Shown piece by piece: positions 1 through 9,216 of a stretch of DNA of 64,000 nt (position 1 is its first letter; each line of letters begins with the position of its first letter). The stretch comes from Desulfobacterales bacterium (lineage in GTDB: Bacteria; Desulfobacterota; Desulfobacteria; Desulfobacterales; UBA2174). The notes under the pieces are model-generated. The model was not told the DNA's origin, did not search any database, and saw nothing but the letters and a program-made list of their open reading frames with translations. A program made the translations under genes and the position numbers. The DNA lies in the NCBI GenBank assembly GCA_963668645.2, contig CAXXWC010000021.1:640001-704000 (forward strand). The letters are read 5' to 3'.

Positions 1-1
1 G

Positions 2-1897
2 GAGATAATTAGCCAAACTATTAATAAGCATTTGTCCTCGGATAAATATGGATATCCCATGATTAGTAATGATAAAAATAATCCGATAATCAGATTTCCA
101 TTCCCTTACATGGAAAAATATGTTGAGCTATTTTTAAAACGCAAAAACAATCTATCGTATGCGAATCGACGTCAAGATCCAAAGCAAATATTTGGTCTAA
201 GTGATGATAAGGGCAATCCACAATCAAAAAACCATGGAAATTTTTATCATTTTATAAACGTTCTTATGAGTCTGTCTAGAGTTATTCAATATTTTTGTTT
301 TTCAAAACAAAAATCGCCTATTTCTACTTTTTTCCCATCACGTCTAAAACGTTACATGCTTTTCGAAGACTTACTATACAAAATTGATCCATGTGGTGCG
401 GTAAGAATATTTAAGCTTATGTTGGCAGGTTTCTATCATGATCTTGGAAAAACTATCATAGATCAAAGACATTCCATCGAAGGAGAAATATTGATTTTAG
501 CAGATCAAACAAGTGCTTCTCTATATAAGCTCAATAATATAATCAATTGCTACAAGAAATTTAAACATATTAATAGTAACGAGCGATTCGAAAGAGACGA
601 CCTCACATTATTATCTAAAATGCTTTTATATCACGATCAGTTCGGGACTTTAGGTACAGGAGAAGACGGATACTTAAGGATAGTTAAAGTTGTAGATTCT
701 ATAAAAACATTAAGTCTTTGCCGCCATCACTCGCATTCTACTGACCGCAAACAAATTCATTGGAGCGCATGTACCATTTTTGATTTATGGGTTCTTAATA
801 TTGCTGATATTTTAGCTTCAACGAACGATATAGGAAAATTTGAACTGCAGACTATTTGGTATAATAAATCCAAAGCTAATAAAATAATTTCAAAGTTTTT
901 AAATGACGAAGAAGACGGTACCAACAGATTACACGATCTAAAAATAGCATTAAGGCTACTGTTTTCTCATTTTCATAGAGATGACAAACTAAAAGTCCAT
1001 GTCAGCGATATCAGTAAGATTATGAAAGAGGCCGTTGAAAACTCAAGATTTCATACATCCGAAAGGTTAAGACGACTCATTACTTCGAGTTTAATAGGAC
1101 CCGTAAAATATTTAAAAGAAAATTCAAATCTTAAAAGAGCACACTCTTTTGCAAGTGCGATAGAAGCCAAATTAAGAGAGAAGAACTGGACATTTACTAT
1201 AGAACGATCTCTTGAAGTTTTAGGCACATCGGAGCAATTCAAAAAGAAATTTTCTTGGATTGGAAAAATGGATTATGCCCTTGGTTTTTTTTCAATAATA
1301 GCGAAAGAAACATTGCAGCTTGTCGAAGCCGAGCTCTCTGATATTGTAAGGCTTCATTATGAAGAATCGATTGGATATGGAGAATCATTCATCAACCCTA
1401 AGAAAATTGAAATTACTCATAGAAATGCACAGATTCAGGAGGCAATTTCTGATGCAAAATTCAATCCTGATATTGAAGGAAATGTGCTACTTCTTAAGTT
1501 TGGTAAAATTGGAATAAATAGGGGCGATCTTAACAAAATTGATGATTATAGATTCAAATATGATGGTAAGGATCTAAAAATATTAAAGGTTGAATTATTG
1601 CCAATTTCTAATACTTCTTGGATAAGAGAAAGAACGCTTGGAGATATTGATGATGAAGACTTTCTGTCTGATTTGAACGCTCAATTTTTCCTTGACAATT
1701 TTACAGCAACAATTATAACCATAATTAGTTATCTGCTAAATAGAGAAAAGGAGATTGATACGCCGAAAGACTTTCAGTTTCTTTATGCAAAAGATAAATT
1801 AAATACTGATAAAATTCGCAAAATAACCTCTATGGTTGGTCCATTTCAAACGAATAAATCAGTTCATTATATTCTTCAGAACATTTATATTTATTGA
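2..1897 (+). CDS. HD-domain (metal-dependent phosphohydrolase superfamily) protein, probably 5'-truncated by the window edge
   Basis: Frame is open from position 2 to TGA at 1897. His/Asp motifs in HD-like order: NFYH...GFYHDLGK...RHSIEG...YHDQFG...IADILA. Much more AT-rich than the rest of the window. Confidence 0.6.
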   Translation, partial: EIISQTINKHLSSDKYGYPMISNDKNNPIIRFPFPYMEKYVELFLKRKNNLSYANRRQDPKQIFGLSDDKGNPQSKNHGNFYHFINVLMSLSRVIQYFCFSKQKSPISTFFPSRLKRYMLFEDLLYKIDPCGAVRIFKLMLAGFYHDLGKTIIDQRHSIEGEILILADQTSASLYKLNNIINCYKKFKHINSNERFERDDLTLLSKMLLYHDQFGTLGTGEDGYLRIVKVVDSIKTLSLCRHHSHSTDRKQIHWSACTIFDLWVLNIADILASTNDIGKFELQTIWYNKSKANKIISKFLNDEEDGTNRLHDLKIALRLLFSHFHRDDKLKVHVSDISKIMKEAVENSRFHTSERLRRLITSSLIGPVKYLKENSNLKRAHSFASAIEAKLREKNWTFTIERSLEVLGTSEQFKKKFSWIGKMDYALGFFSIIAKETLQLVEAELSDIVRLHYEESIGYGESFINPKKIEITHRNAQIQEAISDAKFNPDIEGNVLLLKFGKIGINRGDLNKIDDYRFKYDGKDLKILKVELLPISNTSWIRERTLGDIDDEDFLSDLNAQFFLDNFTATIITIISYLLNREKEIDTPKDFQFLYAKDKLNTDKIRKITSMVGPFQTNKSVHYILQNIYIY

Positions 1898-1920
1898 CAA
1901 GTTTTTAACATTCAACTCTT

Positions 1921-2490
1921 GAAAAGCTCGTAAAAATCGGCGTTCGAATCAAGCCGAGTTGTGAGCATATGTTCGCAACATGAGCCTCCCGACGATCCGG
2001 ATAGTGATTGAATCGAAAAAACCGCCGATTCGCTCTTTGAAAGGTCGAAAAACATGGATGGTGCCGTCTTTGCGCACCTCCAACTGGTCTTTGGCGATCC
2101 GGCAAAGCAGCTTGTAGCTGTGCATATCGGCCACCTGCCGGTTGGACTCGAACTGGGTCACCAGCCGGTACAGGTCAACGGCACCTCGCACAACACCCTC
2201 TTGGAATCCGAGGGCTTGACCCCGGCAAAGCACTGCTTGGCCTTTTCGCCCTGGTAGCGTTGGGTCAGTTCCACATCGATACGGCCGTAAACGATAGGAT
2301 GGTGGCACTTGAGGTTGACTAAAAACCGGTCGATGCCCTTGACGAAAATGCCGATGCGCCCGAAACGGGCCATGTTGGGGCGGATGTGAACCGAGTCGAT
2401 GCGCTGGTGCCCGGTATCGACTTTGAACACGTCGGCCAACTTGACGGCCGCGGCGTCGAACAGGTCGGTATCGATCTTTCTGCGGCCATG
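1921..2490 (-). mobile_element. IS transposase remnant (IS5/IS1182-like), frameshifted and internally deleted, with a putative terminal inverted repeat at 1921-1938
   Basis: LFDAAAVKLADVFKVDTGHQRIDSVHIRPNMARFGRIGIF continues in another frame as LYRLVTQF...MHSYKLLCRI. The QRIDSxHI motif resembles the first DDE aspartate region. The end GAAAAGCTCGTAAAAATC resembles the MITE ends at 61691/61800. Confidence 0.65.
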
Positions 2491-2501
2491 GGGCGCCGGC
2501 C

Positions 2502-2553
2502 GGCAACGATCCGGTCTCCTTGCAGGATACGCGGCCAGTTCGGCCAGGCGGAG
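2502..2553 (+). repeat. Imperfect direct repeat, copy 1 (copy 2 at 3983-4045)
   Basis: GGCAACGATCCGGTCTCCTTGCAGGATACGCGGCCAGTTCGGCCAGGCGGAG. Confidence 0.75.
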
Positions 2554-3035
2554 CATGAGGCCAGACGCCGCTACCTGGAATATGTCCCCAAAGCTGCTGA
2601 TGACCACCAGTTGGTTGCCGACAAATAGCCCGGCACATCATCCAAACCGATAGCACCGCCCTCCGGCTGTAAAACCCGATCAGATAGAGGTTCTCCTCGA
2701 TTATTTTTTGGGTTGATTTTTAGGATCAAGATATGCTTAATTATACATTAAGCCCACAAAGCACCTGACCGGATCCGACGACGCCGCCACCACCACCACC
2801 ACTTCACTTCATGCTGGATGGACCACCGCTCGAGTTGTCCTGCTCTCACGCCCCTGGCGCTTTCTTGTTCAGAAACAGAAAATAACTAACGGTTGCATAA
2901 AAGAAGAAGAACTACAGCAAATGATACCACAAATCATAGAGGGAGAATTTTCCTTTTGCCTCTCCCTATACAAAACAGGATGTTTTTCTACTCTTGGCGT
3001 CAAGGGATTATTTACTTATGGAAAGGAGAATCAAA

Positions 3036-3308
3036 ATGTCAATGCCTGGTGGATGGAGTCAATATTCGTGTGAAATACCGAGGGATGTGCTCAAAACTTT
3101 CAAGGCTGCCTTCGAGGGATTTGTTGGCGTTAAGTACATCCCGCTGGCCTATGCCAGCCAAGTCGTTCAGGGTGCCAATTACAGTTTCTTTTGCAACGCA
3201 AAGGGCGTTTATCCGGAAGCTTTTCCACAGGCCGCGATGGTTGAAATATTTATGCCGTTAGGAGGAGGCGCCCCAACCATCAAAAAAATCAACGTCATCG
3301 AGCATTAA
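3036..3308 (+). CDS. Small cystatin/stefin-like protein (90 aa)
   Basis: AAAGGAG RBS before ATG 3036. N-terminal PGGW, central QVVQG (QxVxG) followed by NY. Confidence 0.6.
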   Translation: MSMPGGWSQYSCEIPRDVLKTFKAAFEGFVGVKYIPLAYASQVVQGANYSFFCNAKGVYPEAFPQAAMVEIFMPLGGGAPTIKKINVIEH

Positions 3309-3512
3309 CTTTAAATCAAACCCATAATCTCTTGTCGCCAAATGTAACAAATGTATCAAGGTCGCCGTCTGTTGTGGCAAGTGGAGGGCACGCCATCAAA
3401 CGATGCCGTGAACTCAAAATCAGCCCGAAAACGGATAACGAACAAAGGGCACCATGTGTGTCTTATTCTGGGTCGATGCGAATCATCTCATACGGTATCG
3501 AAAGGAGCGATC

Positions 3513-3896
3513 ATGGAGGGCAAACTTGTCAGTGTAAAGACCTATCACCTTGAAGGTGATAATGTAAGAATCGTATTTTCATCTGAGAACCCAGAGCTCG
3601 AGCTTATATACGAAGACAAACAGGGGCAACGTAAGTTCACAGGAAGAGCGATATATCGAGAAAAGATACATCTCGGCTTCATGCCTTCCGTAGTTCTGGA
3701 TGAGGTCCCAGACAAGTATAGGATAATCCTATCTCTCGCCGTTCCGTCCGCCAACAGATCCGAAAATATGAAGTCTATTCCGATTAGGACTTTTGCTGCA
3801 CGAACCAAGATTCGCACCGGTATCGTCGGACCGGAAGCCATCGAAGGTCAAATACAGACTCACGATATTTTAATCCTAAACGGCAATGCCTGGTAG
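3513..3896 (+). CDS. Hypothetical protein (127 aa, beta-rich appearance)
   Basis: AAAGGAG RBS before ATG 3513 (better start than 3351). Followed by a strong hairpin. Confidence 0.65.
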   Translation: MEGKLVSVKTYHLEGDNVRIVFSSENPELELIYEDKQGQRKFTGRAIYREKIHLGFMPSVVLDEVPDKYRIILSLAVPSANRSENMKSIPIRTFAARTKIRTGIVGPEAIEGQIQTHDILILNGNAW

Positions 3897-3901
3897 ACGG
3901 G

Positions 3902-3939
3902 AAAAGTCATCACCACCGGTTCTGCCGGTGGTGATGACT
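3902..3939. terminator. Rho-independent terminator between convergent genes
   Basis: 15-bp perfect stem AGTCATCACCACCGG-ttctg-CCGGTGGTGATGACT, with a short T-tract on the minus strand downstream of the T1SS operon. Confidence 0.8.
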
Positions 3940-3982
3940 GATCGACGTTCAGACGTTTTTCTACGATAAGCGGCTGGTTAGG

Positions 3983-4045
3983 GGCAACGATCCGATCCCC
4001 TGGCAGGATACGCAGTACGTAATGCGCCAGTTCGGCCAGGCGGAG
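3983..4045 (+). repeat. Imperfect direct repeat, copy 2 (copy 1 at 2502-2553)
   Basis: GGCAACGATCCGATCCCCTGGCAGGATACGC-(about 11 nt extra)-GCCAGTTCGGCCAGGCGGAG. Confidence 0.75.
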
Positions 4046-4052
4046 GAGTCGA

Positions 4053-5414
4053 TTATCGCTCCCTCAACGCCTTGTAGCGCGCCTTCAGAAAAGGTTTGAG
4101 CAGGTACTCGAGCACGGTCCGGCAGCCGGTCAGAATATCCACCTCGGCGGTCATGCCCGCAATGATCGGCAAAGGATCGTCCGCCGGGCCCAGGTGGTTG
4201 TTTTCGGTTCTGACCCGGATCCGGTAGAATGCCTGCCCCCGTTCATCGATGATCGTATCCGCGCTGATGTGCTCCAGGCGGGCCGCCAGAGAGCCGTAGA
4301 TCGAAAAATCGTAGGCCGTCAGTTTGATCCGGGCCTCCAGGCCGGGATGCAAAAAAGCGATGTCCGAGGGCAAAATCCGGGCTTCGATCAGCAGGCGGTC
4401 TTCCAGGGGCACGATTTCCACCAGCGGCATGCCCGGCGCCACCACTCCGCCGATGGTGGTGACCATCAGCCGTTTGACCGTGCCGTCCACCGGCGACCGG
4501 ATTTCGGTGCGGACCATCCGGTCCTTGAGCGCTGAAAGGACCTGCTCCAGCGCTTTGAGCTCACTGCTGGCCTTGTTGAGTTCCCCGAGGATCTTGCCGC
4601 GGAAATTCTCCTCCTGCTCGCGGATCTTGCGTTTGGCCATGGAAAGGGCCGTACGCGCCGGTTCGATGGACAGGCGAACCGATTGCATCTTTCCTTCCAG
4701 CTCGCTGAGTTCCCGCTTCAACCGGATCAGCTCGACCTTGGCCGTCACCCCCTTTTCGACCATGGGAGCGATAATGGCCAGTTCTTCCTTGGCCAGGGCA
4801 TAACTGCGTCCCAAAGGTCCGAGCCGACTCTCCAGTTCATTGAGTTCCTGTTCCCGCTGGACCGCCGTTTCCTTGAGAATAGCGAGGATCTCCCGGCGCT
4901 CCTGGTTGCGGGCTTTGAACAGGGCTGTTTCATCGATCACAAGATCAGGATTGGCTTTAACGATATCGGCCGCAAATCGAATCGGGGTGCCCTTGATTTC
5001 GGCGGAAAGGCGGGTGATGGTGGCCTGCAGCGCGAGATAGCGGGCCCGGCCCTGGCCGTAATCGGCCCCCGAGGCGGTGTCGTCCAGGCGCAGCAGCACC
5101 TGGTCCCTGGCCACCTCGTCACCTTCGTGGACCAGAATTTGCGCAAGGATCCCCCCTTCCAGGTTCTGGATCACCTGCACCTGGCTGGAGGGGATCACAT
5201 GGCCGATGCCGGTGGTTACCTGGTCCAGGGGGGCCCGGGCGGCCCAGACGACCGCGGCAACGGCAAACATGACAATGGCAAAAAGCAGCAGGCTGGCCGA
5301 CCATCGCGGGGCCCGGGCGGCCATTCCCTTCAGATCCCGCACAAAGGCCGTATCCCCGTCCTGCCGGCCGCCGTTGCGGCCCGTAAACCGGGTAATGAGC
5401 CGGCGACCGTTCAT
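4053..5414 (-). CDS. HlyD-family type I secretion membrane fusion protein (LapC-like)
   Basis: N-terminal TM helix, GHVIPSSQVQVIQNLEGG, coiled coil, IRSPVDGTV, AYDFSIYG, GMTAEVDILTG..TVLEYLLKP. Start overlaps the ABC gene stop. Confidence 0.95.
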   Translation of the reverse strand: MNGRRLITRFTGRNGGRQDGDTAFVRDLKGMAARAPRWSASLLLFAIVMFAVAAVVWAARAPLDQVTTGIGHVIPSSQVQVIQNLEGGILAQILVHEGDEVARDQVLLRLDDTASGADYGQGRARYLALQATITRLSAEIKGTPIRFAADIVKANPDLVIDETALFKARNQERREILAILKETAVQREQELNELESRLGPLGRSYALAKEELAIIAPMVEKGVTAKVELIRLKRELSELEGKMQSVRLSIEPARTALSMAKRKIREQEENFRGKILGELNKASSELKALEQVLSALKDRMVRTEIRSPVDGTVKRLMVTTIGGVVAPGMPLVEIVPLEDRLLIEARILPSDIAFLHPGLEARIKLTAYDFSIYGSLAARLEHISADTIIDERGQAFYRIRVRTENNHLGPADDPLPIIAGMTAEVDILTGCRTVLEYLLKPFLKARYKALRER

Positions 5415-7597
5415 CAGCTTCCCTCCGCCATGGCGATCTTTCCTGCCGCCAGATCGTCGAGCACCGCTTTTTTGGGGCCGTCGGCAACGATCTTTCCCCG
5501 GTCCAGTACAATGACGCGGTCCACAAGAGAGAGCAGCGACATCCGGTGGGTCGCCAGAAGCAGCGTCCTGCCGGGCAGTATCTTGAGCATGCGCCGCTTG
5601 AACTCGCTTTCCGTGGCGTTGTCCATGGCACTGGTGGGTTCGTCCATCAGCAGCACCTTCGGGTCGGCCAGCAATGCCCGGGAAATGGCGATGGCCTGTC
5701 GCTGCCCCCCGGAAAGGCCTTCCCCGCGCTCGCCCACGGGCATGTCGTAACCGGCCGGATGGCGCCGGACAAAATCATGGACCCCGGCGATGGTGGAGGC
5801 TTTCAGGATTTCGGCATCCGAGGCCTGCGCGGCCCCCATGGCGATATTTTCACGCAGTGTTCCCCGGAAGAGCAAGATCTCCTGGGGCACCATGCCCACG
5901 GCCTTGCGCAGGTCCACCGGATCGATCTGGCGCAGGTCCGTATCGTCCAGAAGGACCATGCCTTCACCGGGCGGGTAGAAATGGAGCGCCAGGCGCTGCA
6001 AAGTGCTTTTGCCCGAACCGGTCCGGCCGATCAGGGCCACCCGTTCACCGGCCCGCAGGGTAAAATTGACGCTTTTGAGGCTCGCCACCTTCTGCCCCGG
6101 GTAGGCGAAGGATACATTCTGAAACCGGAGGCTGCCCGTCAGTTCGGGCCGGTGCAGCCGGGGCTGGTGGGCCGGCTGTTCCGCCGGCATCTGCATGACG
6201 CGGTTCAAGGACCGGTAGGCGTTGACCACATGGTGAACCCGGGTCAGCAACTGCGCGATCTGGGCCAGGGGCGCCAGGGTCCGCCCCCCGAGAATCACGC
6301 AGGCGATCAGGGCCCCCTGGGTCATCTCACCGGCCCGGATCAGGTAGACGCCCAGCACCACAATCATGACCGTGCTCAGTTGCTGGACCAGAACCGTAAA
6401 ATTGATGGCCAGCATGGACAAGAAGCGCGCCCGGTGCCCCTGGCGGGCACTGATCTCGACGGCGTTCATCCACTGCCGCCGCATGCGCGGTTCGGCCCGG
6501 ACGGCCTTGACGGTTTCCAGGGCGTTGAGGGTTTCGATCAGCACGCCGTGCTTTTGCTGGCCTTCGCGGAATTCGCCGTGCACGAAACGGCGCAGGGGAA
6601 AATAGATGATCATCCCGATCACCAGGATCACCGGGACGGCAATGATCATGACCCAGGCAATGGGTCCGCCGATGAGCCAGAACACGCCGATGAAAAAAAA
6701 GACGAAAGGCAGGTCGACCACGGTCGCCAGGGTGGCCGAAGTGAAAAAATCGCGCAGGGTTTCAATCTCTCTGAGCAGGTTGGCAAAGGCACCGCTGGAA
6801 GCCGGCCGATCGGCCAGACGCATGTTCAAAAGCTTGTCGAAAAGGGCATTGGCCAAGGCGATGTCCGCCTGCCGCCCGGCACTGTCGATGAAATAGCCAC
6901 GCAAGGTACGCAGCAAAAAGTCGAACCCGTACAGGACGATCACCCCGATGGCCAGGACCCAGAGGGTCTCGATGGCATTGTTGGGGATCACCCGGTCGTA
7001 GACGGTGAGCGTAAATACGGAGCTGGCCAGGGCAAAGACATTGATCAAAACCGCTGCCAGGGCCACCTGGAGATAGATCCACCATTGCCGGGCCAGGGTT
7101 CCCCAGAACCAGGAGCCTTCGGCCCCGGGGACGGAGCGGTCCTGCGAATCGGCGGCACGATAGCGCGAGAGGACATAGATGGCAAATTCTGTGTATTTTT
7201 CCGCCAGGGCAGCCATGTCCACCTGCCGCACGCCCCCGTCTGTGCCCGGCACCATGATCCGGGCCTGGTCCCGGCCGTTTCTTTCGAGCAGGATGCAGAC
7301 CTGGTCGTCCGCGAGGATGAGGATGGCCGGCAGGGCCAGTTCGGAAATGTCGCCAAGCCGGCGCCTGACCACCCGGGCGGCCAGGCCGGCACGCTCCGCC
7401 GCCCGGACAAACAGTGAGGGTGAAAGCCGGCCCTGCACCAGCGGCAGGCCGGCGCGCAGAGCCTCGGCCGAATAGGCGCGTCCGTGATGGCGGGTCAGGA
7501 AAACGAGGCATTCCAGCAGAGGATCTTCCGGCTCCGGGAAGGGTTCCGGCTGTACGGTCAGCGGCACATGGACCAATGGAACTGCGGTGGTGCTCAT
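5414..7597 (-). CDS. Type I secretion ABC permease/ATPase with N-terminal C39-like domain (LapB/LssB type)
   Basis: DPLLECL N-terminus, VYDRVIPNNAIETLW, Walker A GRTGSGKST, signature LSGGQRQ, Walker B LLMDEPTSAMD. Start placed at ATG 7597; the ORF track extends to 7720. Confidence 0.95.
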   Translation of the reverse strand: MSTTAVPLVHVPLTVQPEPFPEPEDPLLECLVFLTRHHGRAYSAEALRAGLPLVQGRLSPSLFVRAAERAGLAARVVRRRLGDISELALPAILILADDQVCILLERNGRDQARIMVPGTDGGVRQVDMAALAEKYTEFAIYVLSRYRAADSQDRSVPGAEGSWFWGTLARQWWIYLQVALAAVLINVFALASSVFTLTVYDRVIPNNAIETLWVLAIGVIVLYGFDFLLRTLRGYFIDSAGRQADIALANALFDKLLNMRLADRPASSGAFANLLREIETLRDFFTSATLATVVDLPFVFFFIGVFWLIGGPIAWVMIIAVPVILVIGMIIYFPLRRFVHGEFREGQQKHGVLIETLNALETVKAVRAEPRMRRQWMNAVEISARQGHRARFLSMLAINFTVLVQQLSTVMIVVLGVYLIRAGEMTQGALIACVILGGRTLAPLAQIAQLLTRVHHVVNAYRSLNRVMQMPAEQPAHQPRLHRPELTGSLRFQNVSFAYPGQKVASLKSVNFTLRAGERVALIGRTGSGKSTLQRLALHFYPPGEGMVLLDDTDLRQIDPVDLRKAVGMVPQEILLFRGTLRENIAMGAAQASDAEILKASTIAGVHDFVRRHPAGYDMPVGERGEGLSGGQRQAIAISRALLADPKVLLMDEPTSAMDNATESEFKRRMLKILPGRTLLLATHRMSLLSLVDRVIVLDRGKIVADGPKKAVLDDLAAGKIAMAEGS

Positions 7598-7795
7598 CGA
7601 TGAATGAAGTTTCCTTTCCAGAGTCGGGCGGCTGGCCCTGTGTCTTCTTACCGAGTGTCCGTCCATAAATGGTGATTTTTGGTTCCTGGCAAGGCCCGAG
7701 CGAGTTTTCAACCGAAGCAATAGCCCGCTATTTCGAGGATCGGAAACGAGCGAGAACGCCGCCGGGGACCGAAAGGTGCCGTTTATGGATGGACA

Positions 7796-9202
7796 CTACT
7801 GAGCTTTGATCTCAAGGGCGTCCAGCAGTGTTCCCGTGGCGGCCAGGACCCGGTAATGGGCGAAAAGACCGGTAAATTCGCCGTTGATCAGGGCGGCCCG
7901 GGCCTGGAACAGCTCGTTCTGGGCATTGAGCAGGTCCAGCAGGCTGCGGCGGCCCAGTTCGAACTGGTCCCGGTAGGCGGAAAGCACCTGTTCACCGTAA
8001 ACCACGTTGTTTTTCAGGATCGGCAGGCGGGCTTTGGCCGCGACCAGTGCGTTGAAGGCCAGGTCGGTCAGCTTTTCCACCCGGTTGCGGGTCTCATCGA
8101 GCCGGTGTTCGGCCTCCTGCAAGGTTTCCAGGGCTTGCCTTGTTTCCGCGCTGCGTTTTCCGCCCTGGTAGATGTCGTAGCGCAGCACCAGCATGCCCGA
8201 GACATCCTTGGAACGGGCTTCGAGACCGTCCAAATTCCGGTTGTTCGATCCATTGACCTCGAAAGACACACGGGGGTAGTAGGCGGCCCGGACGGCCTCG
8301 TGTTCCGCCTGGTGCTGGGCCACGAGGGCTGCGGCCTGTTTGACCGCCGGGCTGTTGGCCAAAGCCACGGACACGGCCTTTTCCCGGTCCGGCGGCATGC
8401 TGGCCAGCGGCGGGACCGGCATTTGAAGGCCATGGGGCCGATCGCCGACCACTTCCCGGTAGCGGGTAACGCTGTCCCTGATGGCACTTTCGATATCCAC
8501 CAGGGTGCTCTCGGCCGTGGCCACGCGGGCCTCGGTCTGCCGGACATCCGCGATGGTCCCGCCTCCCTTGGCCGCCCGGAACTTCACTTTGGCCAGGATT
8601 TCCCGATGGTCCTCAAGGTTTTTGCGAACCAGGCCGCCCAGTTGGCGATACCGCAGGATATCCAGATAGGCCTCGGCAGCGGTCACTCCGATCGTGTTGC
8701 CCGTGTCCAGCACCTCATGAACGGCGGCCTCGGCCCGCTTCTCGGAGGCGGTGGTCAGATTGCGGGTCTCGAACCCGTCAAAAAGCATCTGGCTCAGGCT
8801 GATGCTCGATTCATTGCGCCAGAGGGTGTCGCTGCCGCTGTCGTCGACACCCGCCACCCGGCTGCGTGTCGCTTCGTTGTCGCTGTATTCCGAGCCCGTA
8901 CCCAGACGAAGGCCGATCGACGGCCAGAAGCCGGCGCGGGCCCTACGGACCCCCGCGTCGGCCGCGCGTTTGGCCGCCTTGACCGCCAGCATCGAAGGGT
9001 GGGTGGCAACGGCCGCTTTTACGGCCTCGCAAAGGGAGGTGGGGCCCAAACCGGCACCGGCCGCCGCCAGGGAATCGGAGTTTACCACGGTTTCAGCAAC
9101 GGCCGTACCGATCAGGGTGAACAGAAGGAATGCGCAGATTGCCAGTATCAAAAATCGTCTCTGTCCGTTTTCCATTGTCGCTTCCGTATGTTGTGTGTTC
9201 AT
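7796..9202 (-). CDS. TolC-family outer membrane protein (LapE/AggA-like)
   Basis: Signal peptide, SLSQMLFDGFET, AEAYLDILR, AYRDQFELGRRSLLDLLNAQNELF. Confidence 0.95.
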   Translation of the reverse strand: MNTQHTEATMENGQRRFLILAICAFLLFTLIGTAVAETVVNSDSLAAAGAGLGPTSLCEAVKAAVATHPSMLAVKAAKRAADAGVRRARAGFWPSIGLRLGTGSEYSDNEATRSRVAGVDDSGSDTLWRNESSISLSQMLFDGFETRNLTTASEKRAEAAVHEVLDTGNTIGVTAAEAYLDILRYRQLGGLVRKNLEDHREILAKVKFRAAKGGGTIADVRQTEARVATAESTLVDIESAIRDSVTRYREVVGDRPHGLQMPVPPLASMPPDREKAVSVALANSPAVKQAAALVAQHQAEHEAVRAAYYPRVSFEVNGSNNRNLDGLEARSKDVSGMLVLRYDIYQGGKRSAETRQALETLQEAEHRLDETRNRVEKLTDLAFNALVAAKARLPILKNNVVYGEQVLSAYRDQFELGRRSLLDLLNAQNELFQARAALINGEFTGLFAHYRVLAATGTLLDALEIKAQ

Positions 9203-9216
9203 CGATCGGGGTTTTG

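Noticed and set aside
2783..2802. Short (GCC)/(CAC) trinucleotide run
   Set aside because: Only a few units, intergenic, no evident link to a promoter or reading frame.
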